A stretch of DNA of 63,681 bases, the filler included, from an uncultured Methanosarcinales archaeon (GTDB lineage Archaea > Nanobdellota > Nanobdellia > Woesearchaeales > GW2011-AR9): the NCBI GenBank assembly GCA_964434885.1. It is 5 parts of 5 records of this genome, joined end to end, with 100 filler letters (N's around TTAATTAATTAA, not from the genome) between each part and the next. Parts side by side here need not be neighbours in the genome. Positions count along the whole stretch, not along the records: positions 39,129 to 51,575 come from CAYSWQ010000027.1; positions 51,676 to 63,681 come from CAYSWQ010000030.1; 3 more parts are not named here. One strand, given 5' to 3'. A model generated the notes under the pieces. The model was not told the DNA's origin and did not search any database. It was given only the letters and a program-made list of their open reading frames with translations. Each line of letters begins with the position of its first letter. The first letter of the stretch is position 1. This document shows positions 49,977-58,494 of the stretch, piece by piece. The translations under genes were made by a program, and so were the position numbers.

Positions 49977-50318
49977 ATGGTTATTACAAAAGAATTTACT
50001 TTTGATTCTTCCCATAAATTAGATTGGGAACTTGGGAAATGTAAAAATTTACAGGGACATACTTATAAACTTCATGTTTCGATTAAAGAGGAAGTAAATG
50101 AAAATAGAATTGTTTTTAATTTTAGTGATTTTAAAAATATAGTCAATGAAAATATTATTAAGTTATTGGATTATAAACATTTTAATGATATTATCTCAAA
50201 TCCTACTGCAGAAAATATTGTGAAATATATTTGGAGGTTTCTTAAAGAAAAACTACTTCTTTATGAAATAAAGTTGTGGGAAACACCGATAAGTTTTGTT
50301 AATTTCAGGGGTGATTAA
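49977..50318 (+). CDS. queD: QueD/PTPS-family protein, possibly degenerate
   Basis: F.FDSSH, C..L.GH.Y, PTAENI and LWETP motifs; HGH reads QGH and LDH reads LDY. Confidence 0.8.
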   Translation: MVITKEFTFDSSHKLDWELGKCKNLQGHTYKLHVSIKEEVNENRIVFNFSDFKNIVNENIIKLLDYKHFNDIISNPTAENIVKYIWRFLKEKLLLYEIKLWETPISFVNFRGD

Positions 50319-51086
50319 ATGATTGATGTTCAAAGTTCAGAGCCCGACTCAAAAATTAACATCAATAAAGTTGGTGTTAAAAATTTAAGATATCCTTTAA
50401 TTGTTCTTGATAAAGAGAAAGGAAAACAAAGAACAGTAGCTAAAATTTCATTGTATGTTGATCTTCCTAAGAGATATAAAGGAACTCATATGAGTCGGTT
50501 TATTGAGATTATTGATGAGTATACAGAGAAGGTTCTTACAGTAGATATTTTAAATAAATTAGTTAAAGAAGTAAGAAAAAGATTGGGTTCTCAAAAAGTT
50601 TATCTAGAAATATCTTTTCCTTATTTTTTAAGAAAAGAATCTCCTATTTCTAAAAAGAAATCATTTTTAAATTACACTTGTAAAATAATTCGTAGTTTAG
50701 ATAATTGTAAAGTTAAACATTATACTGAAGTCAAAGTTCCTATAACTTCTTTATGCCCTTGTAGTAAAGAGATAAGTACTCGGGGTGCACATAGTCAAAG
50801 AGGACATGTAACTTTGAGAGTTTTACTTGATGAATTCATTTGGATAGAAGATTTAGTTAAGTTGATAGAAGAAGAATCCAGTTGTGAAGTTTATTCTCTG
50901 TTAAAAAGAGAAGACGAGAAATATGTTACGGAAAAAGCATACAGTAATCCCTCGTTTGTTGAAGATATTGTTAGAAAAATAGCTAAGAAAATTAAAAATG
51001 ATCAAAGAATTATTTCGTTTAAGGTTGAATGTGAGAATCAAGAAAGTATCCATAATCATAATGCTTATGCATGCATAGAATCTTAG
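50319..51086 (+). CDS. folE2: GTP cyclohydrolase IB (FolE2)
   Basis: KGTHMSRF, TSLCPCSK, AHSQR, LLKR.DE, FVED.VR and ESIHNHNA motifs. Confidence 0.95.
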   Translation: MIDVQSSEPDSKININKVGVKNLRYPLIVLDKEKGKQRTVAKISLYVDLPKRYKGTHMSRFIEIIDEYTEKVLTVDILNKLVKEVRKRLGSQKVYLEISFPYFLRKESPISKKKSFLNYTCKIIRSLDNCKVKHYTEVKVPITSLCPCSKEISTRGAHSQRGHVTLRVLLDEFIWIEDLVKLIEEESSCEVYSLLKREDEKYVTEKAYSNPSFVEDIVRKIAKKIKNDQRIISFKVECENQESIHNHNAYACIES

Positions 51087-51198
51087 TTTGTGTTATTAAT
51101 TAATTAATTAATTAATACCCATTGCTGGGCTTGAAACCATTTTGACCAATCCATGGGATTTTACACTGAGTCCCATCAAAATGGTCAAGAAGGTAGTA

Positions 51199-51353
51199 TG
51201 CCCCCGCCGAACAGAGACGTTTTCTGCATAATCCAAGGGATTTCAAAAGTCCCCAAGAAAATGCAGAAAATAAAAGTGCCCCGGCCGAACAGAGACGTTT
51301 TCTGCATAATCCAAGGGATTTCAAAGTCCCATCAAAAATGCAGAAAATGAAAC
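51199..51353 (-). repeat. Two tandem 77-78-bp units downstream of tRNA-Glu, each ending in a copy of the tRNA 3' end and containing a stem-loop
   Basis: Units 51199-51276 and 51277-51353 begin TGCCCC(C/G)GCCG like the tRNA end at 51354; internal TTTTCTGCAT...GGGA..TCCC...ATGCAGAAAA. Confidence 0.9.
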
Positions 51354-51468
51354 TGCCCCGGCCGGGATTTGAACCCGAGTCATTGCCTTTCTCTGAAAGG
51401 TTCCGAAAATCTTGTATTTTCGATATCTCGAAAGGGCAAGATGATAGTCCGGACTACACCACCGGGGC
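51354..51468 (-). tRNA. tRNA-Glu(UUC) with canonical intron (51389-51428)
   Basis: Acceptor GCCCCGG/CCGGGGC, TTGCC-CT TTC G^A-GGCAA, T-loop GGTTCAAATCC. Confidence 0.92.
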
Positions 51469-51575
51469 ATTAAAGAGTCAATTTCTGAACTAATTTAAAA
51501 ATCTTTCCTATTCTTAACAAATGTAGTATCACGTTTTAAGGGCACAGTATAATACATCTTGGTGATGTATTATGT

Positions 51576-51675
51576 NNNNNNNNNNNNNNNNNNNNNNNNN
51601 NNNNNNNNNNNNNNNNNNNTTAATTAATTAANNNNNNNNNNNNNNNNNNNNNNNNNNNNNNNNNNNNNNNNNNNN
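51576..51675. other. Assembly gap with artificial linker
   Basis: N spacer containing TTAATTAATTAA. Confidence 0.97.
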
Positions 51676-51881
51676 ATGTGACTGGTTTTTTCATAATCTG
51701 TTAAATGAGAATTGATTAAATCAACTACTTTCCACATTTGTTCTCCATATAAGTTAATGATATCTTTGTTTTTTATTGGGCAAATTTGTTTTTCTTCTAA
51801 ATGGATGTTGAGTTCATGATATTCTTGAAAGTTAATATTTATTAAAGCTTGTTGTAAGTTTTTTTGAAAGTGAATAGCCAT
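51676..51881 (-). CDS. 5' half of the split gene continuing at 26526 (+)
   Basis: Ends ...LTDYEKTSH at the gap; overlaps 26526-26548. Confidence 0.75.
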
Positions 51882-51955
51882 ATGCTGTGGGTTATTGGAG
51901 AATATAAAAAGATTACGAGAAAAGTATAAAAATGGGTTGGTTTTTTTATAATTAC

Positions 51956-52093
51956 GGACCTGTGGCCAAGTCTGGATACGGCGATAGCCTCCTAATCCGC
52001 TAATGATGATAACTTTTATTTCCGCAAGGATAATCGAAGTAGGCAGAAGCTGGAGCGAGCTATAGATCGGGAGTTCGAATCTTCCCAGGTCCG
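51956..52093 (+). tRNA. tRNA-Arg(CCU) with 63-nt canonical intron (51995-52057)
   Basis: Acceptor GGACCTG/CAGGTCC, ATAGC-CT CCT A^A-GCTAT, BHB helix CTCC/GGAG. Confidence 0.92.
51998..52050 (+). ncRNA. Candidate box C/D guide sRNA nested in the tRNA-Arg intron
   Basis: C box ATGATGA (52003-09), D-like box CAGA (52044-47), closing GCT/AGC stem, and two 11-12-nt guides. Confidence 0.65.
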
Positions 52094-52158
52094 GTTTTTC
52101 TTAAAATGCTTTCTTTTTCAACAAAAACTTTATTTACTTCTTTCATTTCTGACAAAGT

Positions 52159-53250
52159 ATGTCTAATGTAACTCTTTATTTTAACTTTGCTCCAAAGATA
52201 TTTTTCCGATCATTAAAATCTAGGTTTTTTCCAAAAAAGTATCCGGGAAAGGCAAAAGAAATCTGTCATAAAGTTGTTGATGATTGTTGGAATGGACAAT
52301 ACTTTCAAACTTCTACTATTAATTTTCCTCAATTTTGGACTAGGGATTTTGGTTGGTGTTGTAAATCTTTAATGGAATTGGGATACAAAAAACAAGTACA
52401 TCAAACGTTGAGATATGCAATGGGTCGATTTCAGCAAGCTCGGGCAATTACAACAACTATAACTAGTAAAGGTAAAGCATTTAATGTTCCTTTACCAGCA
52501 GTTGATTCTTTACCTTATTTTATTCATAGTTTGAGGATTTCAGGTTTTCCATATCGGGCTTTTTCCAAGTTTTTAAATTGGCAAATTAGAGAATTCTACG
52601 AAGATTTTATTGATCCCATTACTGGATTAGTAAAACCAAAACATTTTTCCTCAATGAAAGATTTAAGCATTAGAAAGAGTTCTTGTTATGATAATTGTAT
52701 GGTAGCGATGTTGGCTAATGATTTAAAAATGATGAAATTGAAAAGTCCTTTTGATAAGTATAATTATCCTAAGTTAATTAAACAACATTTTTGGAATGGT
52801 AAGTTTTTTTATGATGATTTAACTAGAGCAAATTATGTGGCCGGAGATGCAAATATTTTTCCTTTCGCTTTGGGAATTATTCAGGATTTAGAAATGTTAG
52901 AAAGTGCTTTAAATGAAATTCAGAAAGCAGGTTTGGATTTACCTTTACCATTAAAATATACAAATTCAGAAGCCAAGCCAAAATTTATTTGGTCTGAAAT
53001 CTTTGCTAAAAATTATGAATTTGATAGTGTTTGGACCCATATGGCGATGTTATATATTGGTTTGATGAAAAGAGTTGATTCTAAACTAGCAAAAAAATAC
53101 ATGGGAGATTATGTTAGAGTGATAGAAAAAAACAAAGGTTATTTAGAAGTTTTTTCTGTTAATAAGAATAATGAATTAAAACCATTTAGTTCTCCTTTTT
53201 ATTATTGTGATCGGGGGATGTTATGGGCGGCTAATTATCTAACGTTGTAA
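52159..53250 (+). CDS. Six-hairpin glycosidase-like protein (amylo-alpha-1,6-glucosidase/GH15-like fold)
   Basis: FWTRD..W, FW.G.FF.D, Y....VW and E.F patterns. Confidence 0.65.
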   Translation: MSNVTLYFNFAPKIFFRSLKSRFFPKKYPGKAKEICHKVVDDCWNGQYFQTSTINFPQFWTRDFGWCCKSLMELGYKKQVHQTLRYAMGRFQQARAITTTITSKGKAFNVPLPAVDSLPYFIHSLRISGFPYRAFSKFLNWQIREFYEDFIDPITGLVKPKHFSSMKDLSIRKSSCYDNCMVAMLANDLKMMKLKSPFDKYNYPKLIKQHFWNGKFFYDDLTRANYVAGDANIFPFALGIIQDLEMLESALNEIQKAGLDLPLPLKYTNSEAKPKFIWSEIFAKNYEFDSVWTHMAMLYIGLMKRVDSKLAKKYMGDYVRVIEKNKGYLEVFSVNKNNELKPFSSPFYYCDRGMLWAANYLTL

Positions 53251-53510
53251 TCTTGGGCTCTTAGTAAATGCATAATTTCTTCTAAAATGTCTTTTGATAA
53301 AGGTTTGTCGCATCTTCTTAAACCGAACTCTTTAGAAGTTATGTTGATTTGTAATTGGTCTTTTGGGAATTTTTCAAGATTTCTGTAAAAGCCTTCTACT
53401 ACCATCTGGGCATCTAAGCCCATGCAACCAGTACTGTAAATACCATCGGGAAAAGCAATATCTCCACAAATACCTGGAGGGGCATGATATAGTTTTATTT
53501 TTAGCTTCAT
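53235..53510 (-). CDS. Hypothetical protein
   Basis: Likely start ATG 53510 (MKLKIKLYH...). Confidence 0.55.
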   Translation of the reverse strand: MKLKIKLYHAPPGICGDIAFPDGIYSTGCMGLDAQMVVEGFYRNLEKFPKDQLQINITSKEFGLRRCDKPLSKDILEEIMHLLRAQDYNVR

Positions 53511-53630
53511 TCCTGTTTTTTGGAATGAGGGAGTTATAAATATTATGATACATAATTCAAATATATTGGTAAAATTATATTTCACAGAACAATAATTATT
53601 AAAATACCAGAGTATTGCTGATTAAAAAGA

Positions 53631-54341
53631 GTGTTTATGATGGAAAAAGAGAAAAGGCCGCAACTTTCTGTGATTATCCCGGCTCACAATGAAGAAAAGT
53701 ATTTAGGGAAAACATTAGATAGTCTGAGACAACAGAATTTTTTGAATTATGAAACAATTATTGTGTGTAATGGGTGTACAGATAAGACAGAAAATGTTGC
53801 GAGCAAGTATTTTAATCAAAATACTAAAATCCTTTCCATTAATGAAGCTAATGTTTCTTTAGCGAGAAATAAAGGGGCAGATTTAGCCAAAGGTAAGACT
53901 TTGGTTTTTTTAGATGCAGATACTTTATTAGAGAATAATGCCTTGCAAACAATTTTGAATGAGTTTATTGGAGGTTGTTCTGTAGGGACAACAAGAACTA
54001 AACCAGATATTGCCAAATTTAAATATAATTTGGCTTTGGGTTTAAAGAATTTTTATAATCAAAGTGGGTTGTATAAAGGTTGTAGTGGTGTGTTGATTTG
54101 CAAAAAAGAGGATTTTCATTCAGTAGGAGGATATCCTTTATTTCAAGTAAAAGAACATCGAAAATTAACTATTGCTTTGAAAAAGAAAGGAAATTATAAA
54201 GTGATTAAAACTAATGCTATTACTTCAATGCGTCGTTTTGAGAATTGGGGTTTAGTTGGTTCTGGATTATTTTGGGTAAAACAATTTTGTAAAAATTATC
54301 TTTCTGATTTGAAGAAAGAGAAATATGAAATTATTCGTTAA
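53631..54341 (+). CDS. Glycosyltransferase family 2
   Basis: SVIIPAHNEE, ARN.GA, FLDADT and TS.RR motifs. Confidence 0.93.
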   Translation: MFMMEKEKRPQLSVIIPAHNEEKYLGKTLDSLRQQNFLNYETIIVCNGCTDKTENVASKYFNQNTKILSINEANVSLARNKGADLAKGKTLVFLDADTLLENNALQTILNEFIGGCSVGTTRTKPDIAKFKYNLALGLKNFYNQSGLYKGCSGVLICKKEDFHSVGGYPLFQVKEHRKLTIALKKKGNYKVIKTNAITSMRRFENWGLVGSGLFWVKQFCKNYLSDLKKEKYEIIR

Positions 54342-54371
54342 GATTATAAAGGATAAAAATTTAATAGTGGT

Positions 54372-55118
54372 ATGCAAATTAGTTTTTTTGAAGAATTTCC
54401 GACTGTGGAGAATTTGAATAAATTGAAATTAGTGCGATTTCCAATTAAATTGTATGTGGCGGCGCACAGCTACAATGAATTTTTGAAATTAAAAAAGAAA
54501 ATTAGAGATTATAAAACTGGAAATATTAGAGAAATAATTTATTGGGCAGTGTTTTCTAAACAAGAAGGTTATTGGATTTCTCCATTTACTAAAAGAGAAG
54601 CTTTGTTAAGGGTGTTTGGGGAACTGGGACGAAATGATGATTCAGTGATGTTAGATTTAGAATTGCCCACTACCAAAAACTTGAGTTTATACGTAACACA
54701 ACTGTTTAATTTCTTTCGTAATAAGAAATTGATTAGAGATTTTATTGGAAACTACAAAGGAGAAATTTATACGGCAGAATATTTTCCAACCGGATGGTTG
54801 AAATTGAAGTTGATGAAATTCCTGGGCTTACATTTTGAAGGAGTTAAAGTGATAAAAATGTTATATCATTCAATGTTAAAGTTGGGAGATAGGTTTTTTA
54901 GGATGGAATTGAGGAAAGGTCAAGAGTTATTTGGTAGTAATTATTTAGCAGGTTTTGGAACAATTGCTAAAGGGATAATGGGTTGGGAGCCAATTTTAGA
55001 TCCCGGACAATTAGAAAAGGATTTGCAAACTGCTAAGGAGGTTGGGGTTAAGGAAATAGTTATTTTTAGATTAGGTGGATTGAATAAAGAGTATGTTCAG
55101 TTGTTGCAGAAGATTTAA
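54372..55118 (+). CDS. Hypothetical protein, possible TIM-barrel
   Basis: LDLELP and terminal IFRLGG patterns. Confidence 0.65.
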   Translation: MQISFFEEFPTVENLNKLKLVRFPIKLYVAAHSYNEFLKLKKKIRDYKTGNIREIIYWAVFSKQEGYWISPFTKREALLRVFGELGRNDDSVMLDLELPTTKNLSLYVTQLFNFFRNKKLIRDFIGNYKGEIYTAEYFPTGWLKLKLMKFLGLHFEGVKVIKMLYHSMLKLGDRFFRMELRKGQELFGSNYLAGFGTIAKGIMGWEPILDPGQLEKDLQTAKEVGVKEIVIFRLGGLNKEYVQLLQKI

Positions 55119-55122
55119 ATAA

Positions 55123-55488
55123 GTGTTGAGTTGGTTATTTTTGATGGCAGGAGATTTTATTTCATCGATTATTTGTAGGTTGAATTATTATAGAAATGAT
55201 GTGGAGGCAGCTAAGAAGGATTTGGTAAGAAAAGAAGTTTTTTTTGATCAATGTAAAGGCGAATTAGAAGATGAAGTTTATCGAGTTTTTGGTGAGTTTG
55301 TGGGGGCAAATATTGATGGTCCTGAGAGAATCGACCAATGGAATGTTGAATATTTAGGTGGGATAGAACCATTACTTAGAGTTTCTGTTACTGGAAAAGG
55401 ACTTTCTTCAGAGGAAACTGATATTTTTCAAGCTTTTGGTGAAAGTTATCCGATGCCAGTACAAGTGTTTTATGATGAGAAGAAGTAA
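55123..55488 (+). CDS. Hypothetical protein
   Basis: ORF of about 115-121 aa. Confidence 0.55.
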   Translation: MLSWLFLMAGDFISSIICRLNYYRNDVEAAKKDLVRKEVFFDQCKGELEDEVYRVFGEFVGANIDGPERIDQWNVEYLGGIEPLLRVSVTGKGLSSEETDIFQAFGESYPMPVQVFYDEKK

Positions 55489-55532
55489 ATTTGACCCATT
55501 CTTTTTTAAATGATTAGTGGTTTTATTTTTAG

Positions 55533-57416
55533 ATGATTGAATTATTATTGCCGGCAGGTGATTGGGATACATTAAGGGCAGCAGTAGAGAATGGGGCAGA
55601 TGCTGTTTATTTGGGTGTGGATCGATTTAATGCTCGACGTCGTGCTAGTAATTTTCAGTTGTCTGAAATTGGGAAAGTAGTTGATTATTGTCATAGTGCT
55701 GGGGTGCGAGTTTATATAACTATGAATATTTTAGTTAAGAATAGTGAATTGGTTGATTTTTTTGAAACTATTAAAAAATTGTATTTAGGTGGCGTGGATG
55801 CAGTAATAATTCAACAGTTATCTTTTGTTTCTTTGATTAAGAAAAAATTTCCTGGTTTAGAAGTACATATCTCTACTCAAGCAGCAATTAGTAATACTGG
55901 TTTTTTAGATTTGATTAAGAAAGCAGATAAAATAATTTTGCCGCGAGAGTATTCCAAAGAAGAGATTAATGATTTTATTGTTAAAACTAAGTTGGCTACT
56001 GAGATATTTGTGCAAGGGGCTTTGTGTTTTAGTTATTCTGGGAAGTGTTTATTTTCTTCTTTTTTAGGAGGTCGTTCTGGAAATAGGGGATTGTGTGCGC
56101 AACCTTGTCGGAAAAAATATAATAAAAGTTATTTGTTGAGTATGAAAGATCTTTCTTTGATTAAAGAAATTCCAGAGATTATTAAGATGGGAGTAAGTAC
56201 AGTGAAAATAGAAGGGAGATTGAGAAGTGTGAAATACATCAAATATGCAGCACGGGTTTATCGTCAAGCAATTGATTCTCATTATGCTGGGAAATTTAAG
56301 ATTAATGAAAAAGATTACAAGCAGATGAAATTAGCTTTTAATCGAAAATTTACCTGGGGATATTATTCAGGTGCTAAGAATTTAGTTTCTTCGGATCGGC
56401 CAATGGGTAGAGGATTATTTTTGGGTGAGATGGAAGTTGGTGGGTTGATTAAGTTGGAAGAGGATTTAAGTGTTGGTGATGGGGTAGGAATCTGGTTGCC
56501 AAAAAAGGTTGATGGGGCAGTGATTAAGAAAATTGAATTAGACGGTGTTATTGTTGATAAGGCTTTGAAAGGGGACAAGGTTAAATTATTTATTCGAGCT
56601 AAACCAGGAGTGAAAATATATAAGACAAGTACTAAGGAAGAGGAAGATTTTGTTTTTAAGAAGAAGAAAGCGATTAAGATTGTTGGACGGAAGGTTAAAG
56701 AACTTGTGTTGCCAGAGTTTGAAAGTAAAAAAGGTTCTTTTGAATTGTTGGTTAAGGTTTATTCTAAAGCTGATGGTTTAAAAGCTTTGAAATATACTCG
56801 AAAGGTTTTCTATAATATTTTTGCTAAAGATTTTTCTAACAAGTTTTGTGCCTATATTCCTAAGTTGTTGAATGATGAGGAAGTGGAGAAAGCTGTTAAG
56901 TTAGTGGAGAAGTTTGGTGTTAAGAATGTTTTGATTGGAGATTTAGGAGTTTATAGTAAGTTGAAAGGAAAAAATTTGTATATTGATTATTCCAATAATA
57001 TTTTTAATGATATGGATGTTGATTATTTTAATGGGGTTTCTGTGATTAGTCCAGAACTTTCTTTTTCAGAATTGAAAGAATTTGTTAATAAGAATTTTGC
57101 CGTGTTGGTACATGGGAAAGTAGTAATGATGAATACCAAATATTTAGATTTACCTGCGCGATTAAAAGATGAGAAAGGTTATGTTTTTAGAGTGCGTCGG
57201 GAGAATAGTTGTTTTCAGATCTTGAATAGTATTGACTTAGGACTGGGAGAGTTGGTGTTAAAGTTGAAAGAGATTGGAGTTCAGAAATATTTTTTAGATT
57301 TAGATCATGGAGTAGATAAGTATTTGAGGATTTATTCTAAGATTTTAACTGGGAAGAAAGTTGAGTTTCATAAGTTTAACTTTACGAAAGGACATTGGGA
57401 TAAAGGAGTTAGTTAG
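55533..57416 (+). CDS. Peptidase U32-family Fe-S protein (RlhA/TrhP-like RNA hydroxylase)
   Basis: ELL.PAG, GADAVY.G, H.STQ, E.FV.GALC..YSG.C...NRG.C.QPCR and KIEGR motifs. Confidence 0.92.
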   Translation: MIELLLPAGDWDTLRAAVENGADAVYLGVDRFNARRRASNFQLSEIGKVVDYCHSAGVRVYITMNILVKNSELVDFFETIKKLYLGGVDAVIIQQLSFVSLIKKKFPGLEVHISTQAAISNTGFLDLIKKADKIILPREYSKEEINDFIVKTKLATEIFVQGALCFSYSGKCLFSSFLGGRSGNRGLCAQPCRKKYNKSYLLSMKDLSLIKEIPEIIKMGVSTVKIEGRLRSVKYIKYAARVYRQAIDSHYAGKFKINEKDYKQMKLAFNRKFTWGYYSGAKNLVSSDRPMGRGLFLGEMEVGGLIKLEEDLSVGDGVGIWLPKKVDGAVIKKIELDGVIVDKALKGDKVKLFIRAKPGVKIYKTSTKEEEDFVFKKKKAIKIVGRKVKELVLPEFESKKGSFELLVKVYSKADGLKALKYTRKVFYNIFAKDFSNKFCAYIPKLLNDEEVEKAVKLVEKFGVKNVLIGDLGVYSKLKGKNLYIDYSNNIFNDMDVDYFNGVSVISPELSFSELKEFVNKNFAVLVHGKVVMMNTKYLDLPARLKDEKGYVFRVRRENSCFQILNSIDLGLGELVLKLKEIGVQKYFLDLDHGVDKYLRIYSKILTGKKVEFHKFNFTKGHWDKGVS

Positions 57417-57450
57417 ATTTACCATTAATTTTATATAGTATTATTGTTTA

Positions 57451-58494
57451 GTGATAAATATGACTCTCAGTGAGAGGGAAAGAAGACTTTTGTATTCAAT
57501 CCGGGTAGCTTCAGAGAATGACCCAACTAAACCGGAATTTCCACCAAATAATCCAAAATTTCCAGCTACCCCTACTTATAAGATTAATGTTCCTGGGTTT
57601 AATAATGTCTGGTTTAAAGATGAATCACATAACCCAACAGGAACACATAAAGACCGATTAGCTTGGGAAATGGTTGTAAATTATAGGGACATTCTATTAG
57701 CGAAAAAAGATGGACGAGTTAAAGAAAAATTACCTCAATTATCCATTTTAACTTCAGGAGCGGCGGCAGTAGCAATACAAACGGTTTTGAACAAGTATAA
57801 ATTACCACCTTTAAAATGTTTAGTAGATTTAGATTTAAAAAAAGAGATTGTAGGGTGTTTAGAATCTTTAGGTTGTGAGCTTTACTTTACTGATTTATCA
57901 AGGAAACCATTATCTTGGAAAGAAATTTTGGAATTAACGGAAAATACTTATGGGGTTGATGTTACATCTAGTGAAGGTCTTGATCCCGAGATTGTATTTT
58001 ATGATTGGTTAAGCTATGAAGTAATTAATCAATCACCAGATTATTGTTTTATTCCTTTTGGTAGTGGCCATCTTTACAAGAATATTCTGAACACAAATAA
58101 AAAAGAAGTATCTACTATTCATCATGATCCGAGATTTGAAGGAGATGTAAAAAATTTAAAAAATTGTAATTTTATTGGAGCCACAGTTAATAATCCTAGA
58201 AGTAAAGCAGATAAATTGTTTGCCCATCATCGGCCTTTTGCATTGTTTGATGAACAATGGCTTTTATGCTATAAATTAAGAGGTTTTTGTGGTCCGGATT
58301 CTAATGTTCATTTATTACGAGAGCACTTTTTGGATGAAGCACTAAAATTAGCAAAAGAACAAAATTTAAATTGTGAACCATCTGGAATTGCAGGATTAGG
58401 AATGTTGTTGCAAATGAAGGATAAGATTCCAAGAAATAAAAAAATTTTGATTGTTAATACTGGTAAATCTAAGATTCAAATTAATGATTCATAA
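57451..58494 (+). CDS. PLP-dependent fold-type II enzyme (threonine synthase/dehydratase-like)
   Basis: KDES.NPTGTHKDR, P.GSG, EPS..AG and VNTG motifs. Confidence 0.88.
   Translation: MINMTLSERERRLLYSIRVASENDPTKPEFPPNNPKFPATPTYKINVPGFNNVWFKDESHNPTGTHKDRLAWEMVVNYRDILLAKKDGRVKEKLPQLSILTSGAAAVAIQTVLNKYKLPPLKCLVDLDLKKEIVGCLESLGCELYFTDLSRKPLSWKEILELTENTYGVDVTSSEGLDPEIVFYDWLSYEVINQSPDYCFIPFGSGHLYKNILNTNKKEVSTIHHDPRFEGDVKNLKNCNFIGATVNNPRSKADKLFAHHRPFALFDEQWLLCYKLRGFCGPDSNVHLLREHFLDEALKLAKEQNLNCEPSGIAGLGMLLQMKDKIPRNKKILIVNTGKSKIQINDS

Noticed and set aside
51095..51117. (TTAA)n run after folE2 resembling the linker
   Set aside because: There are no flanking Ns; it is most simply an AT microsatellite and no function can be supported.
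51112..51350. ORFs 51112-51324 (-) and 51153-51350 (+) with repeated peptides
   Set aside because: They are by-products of the tRNA-linked DNA repeat and show no independent coding signal.
51199..51353. Possible CRISPR array
   Set aside because: There are only two units, the would-be spacers are nearly identical, the repeats derive from the tRNA end, and no cas genes are present.
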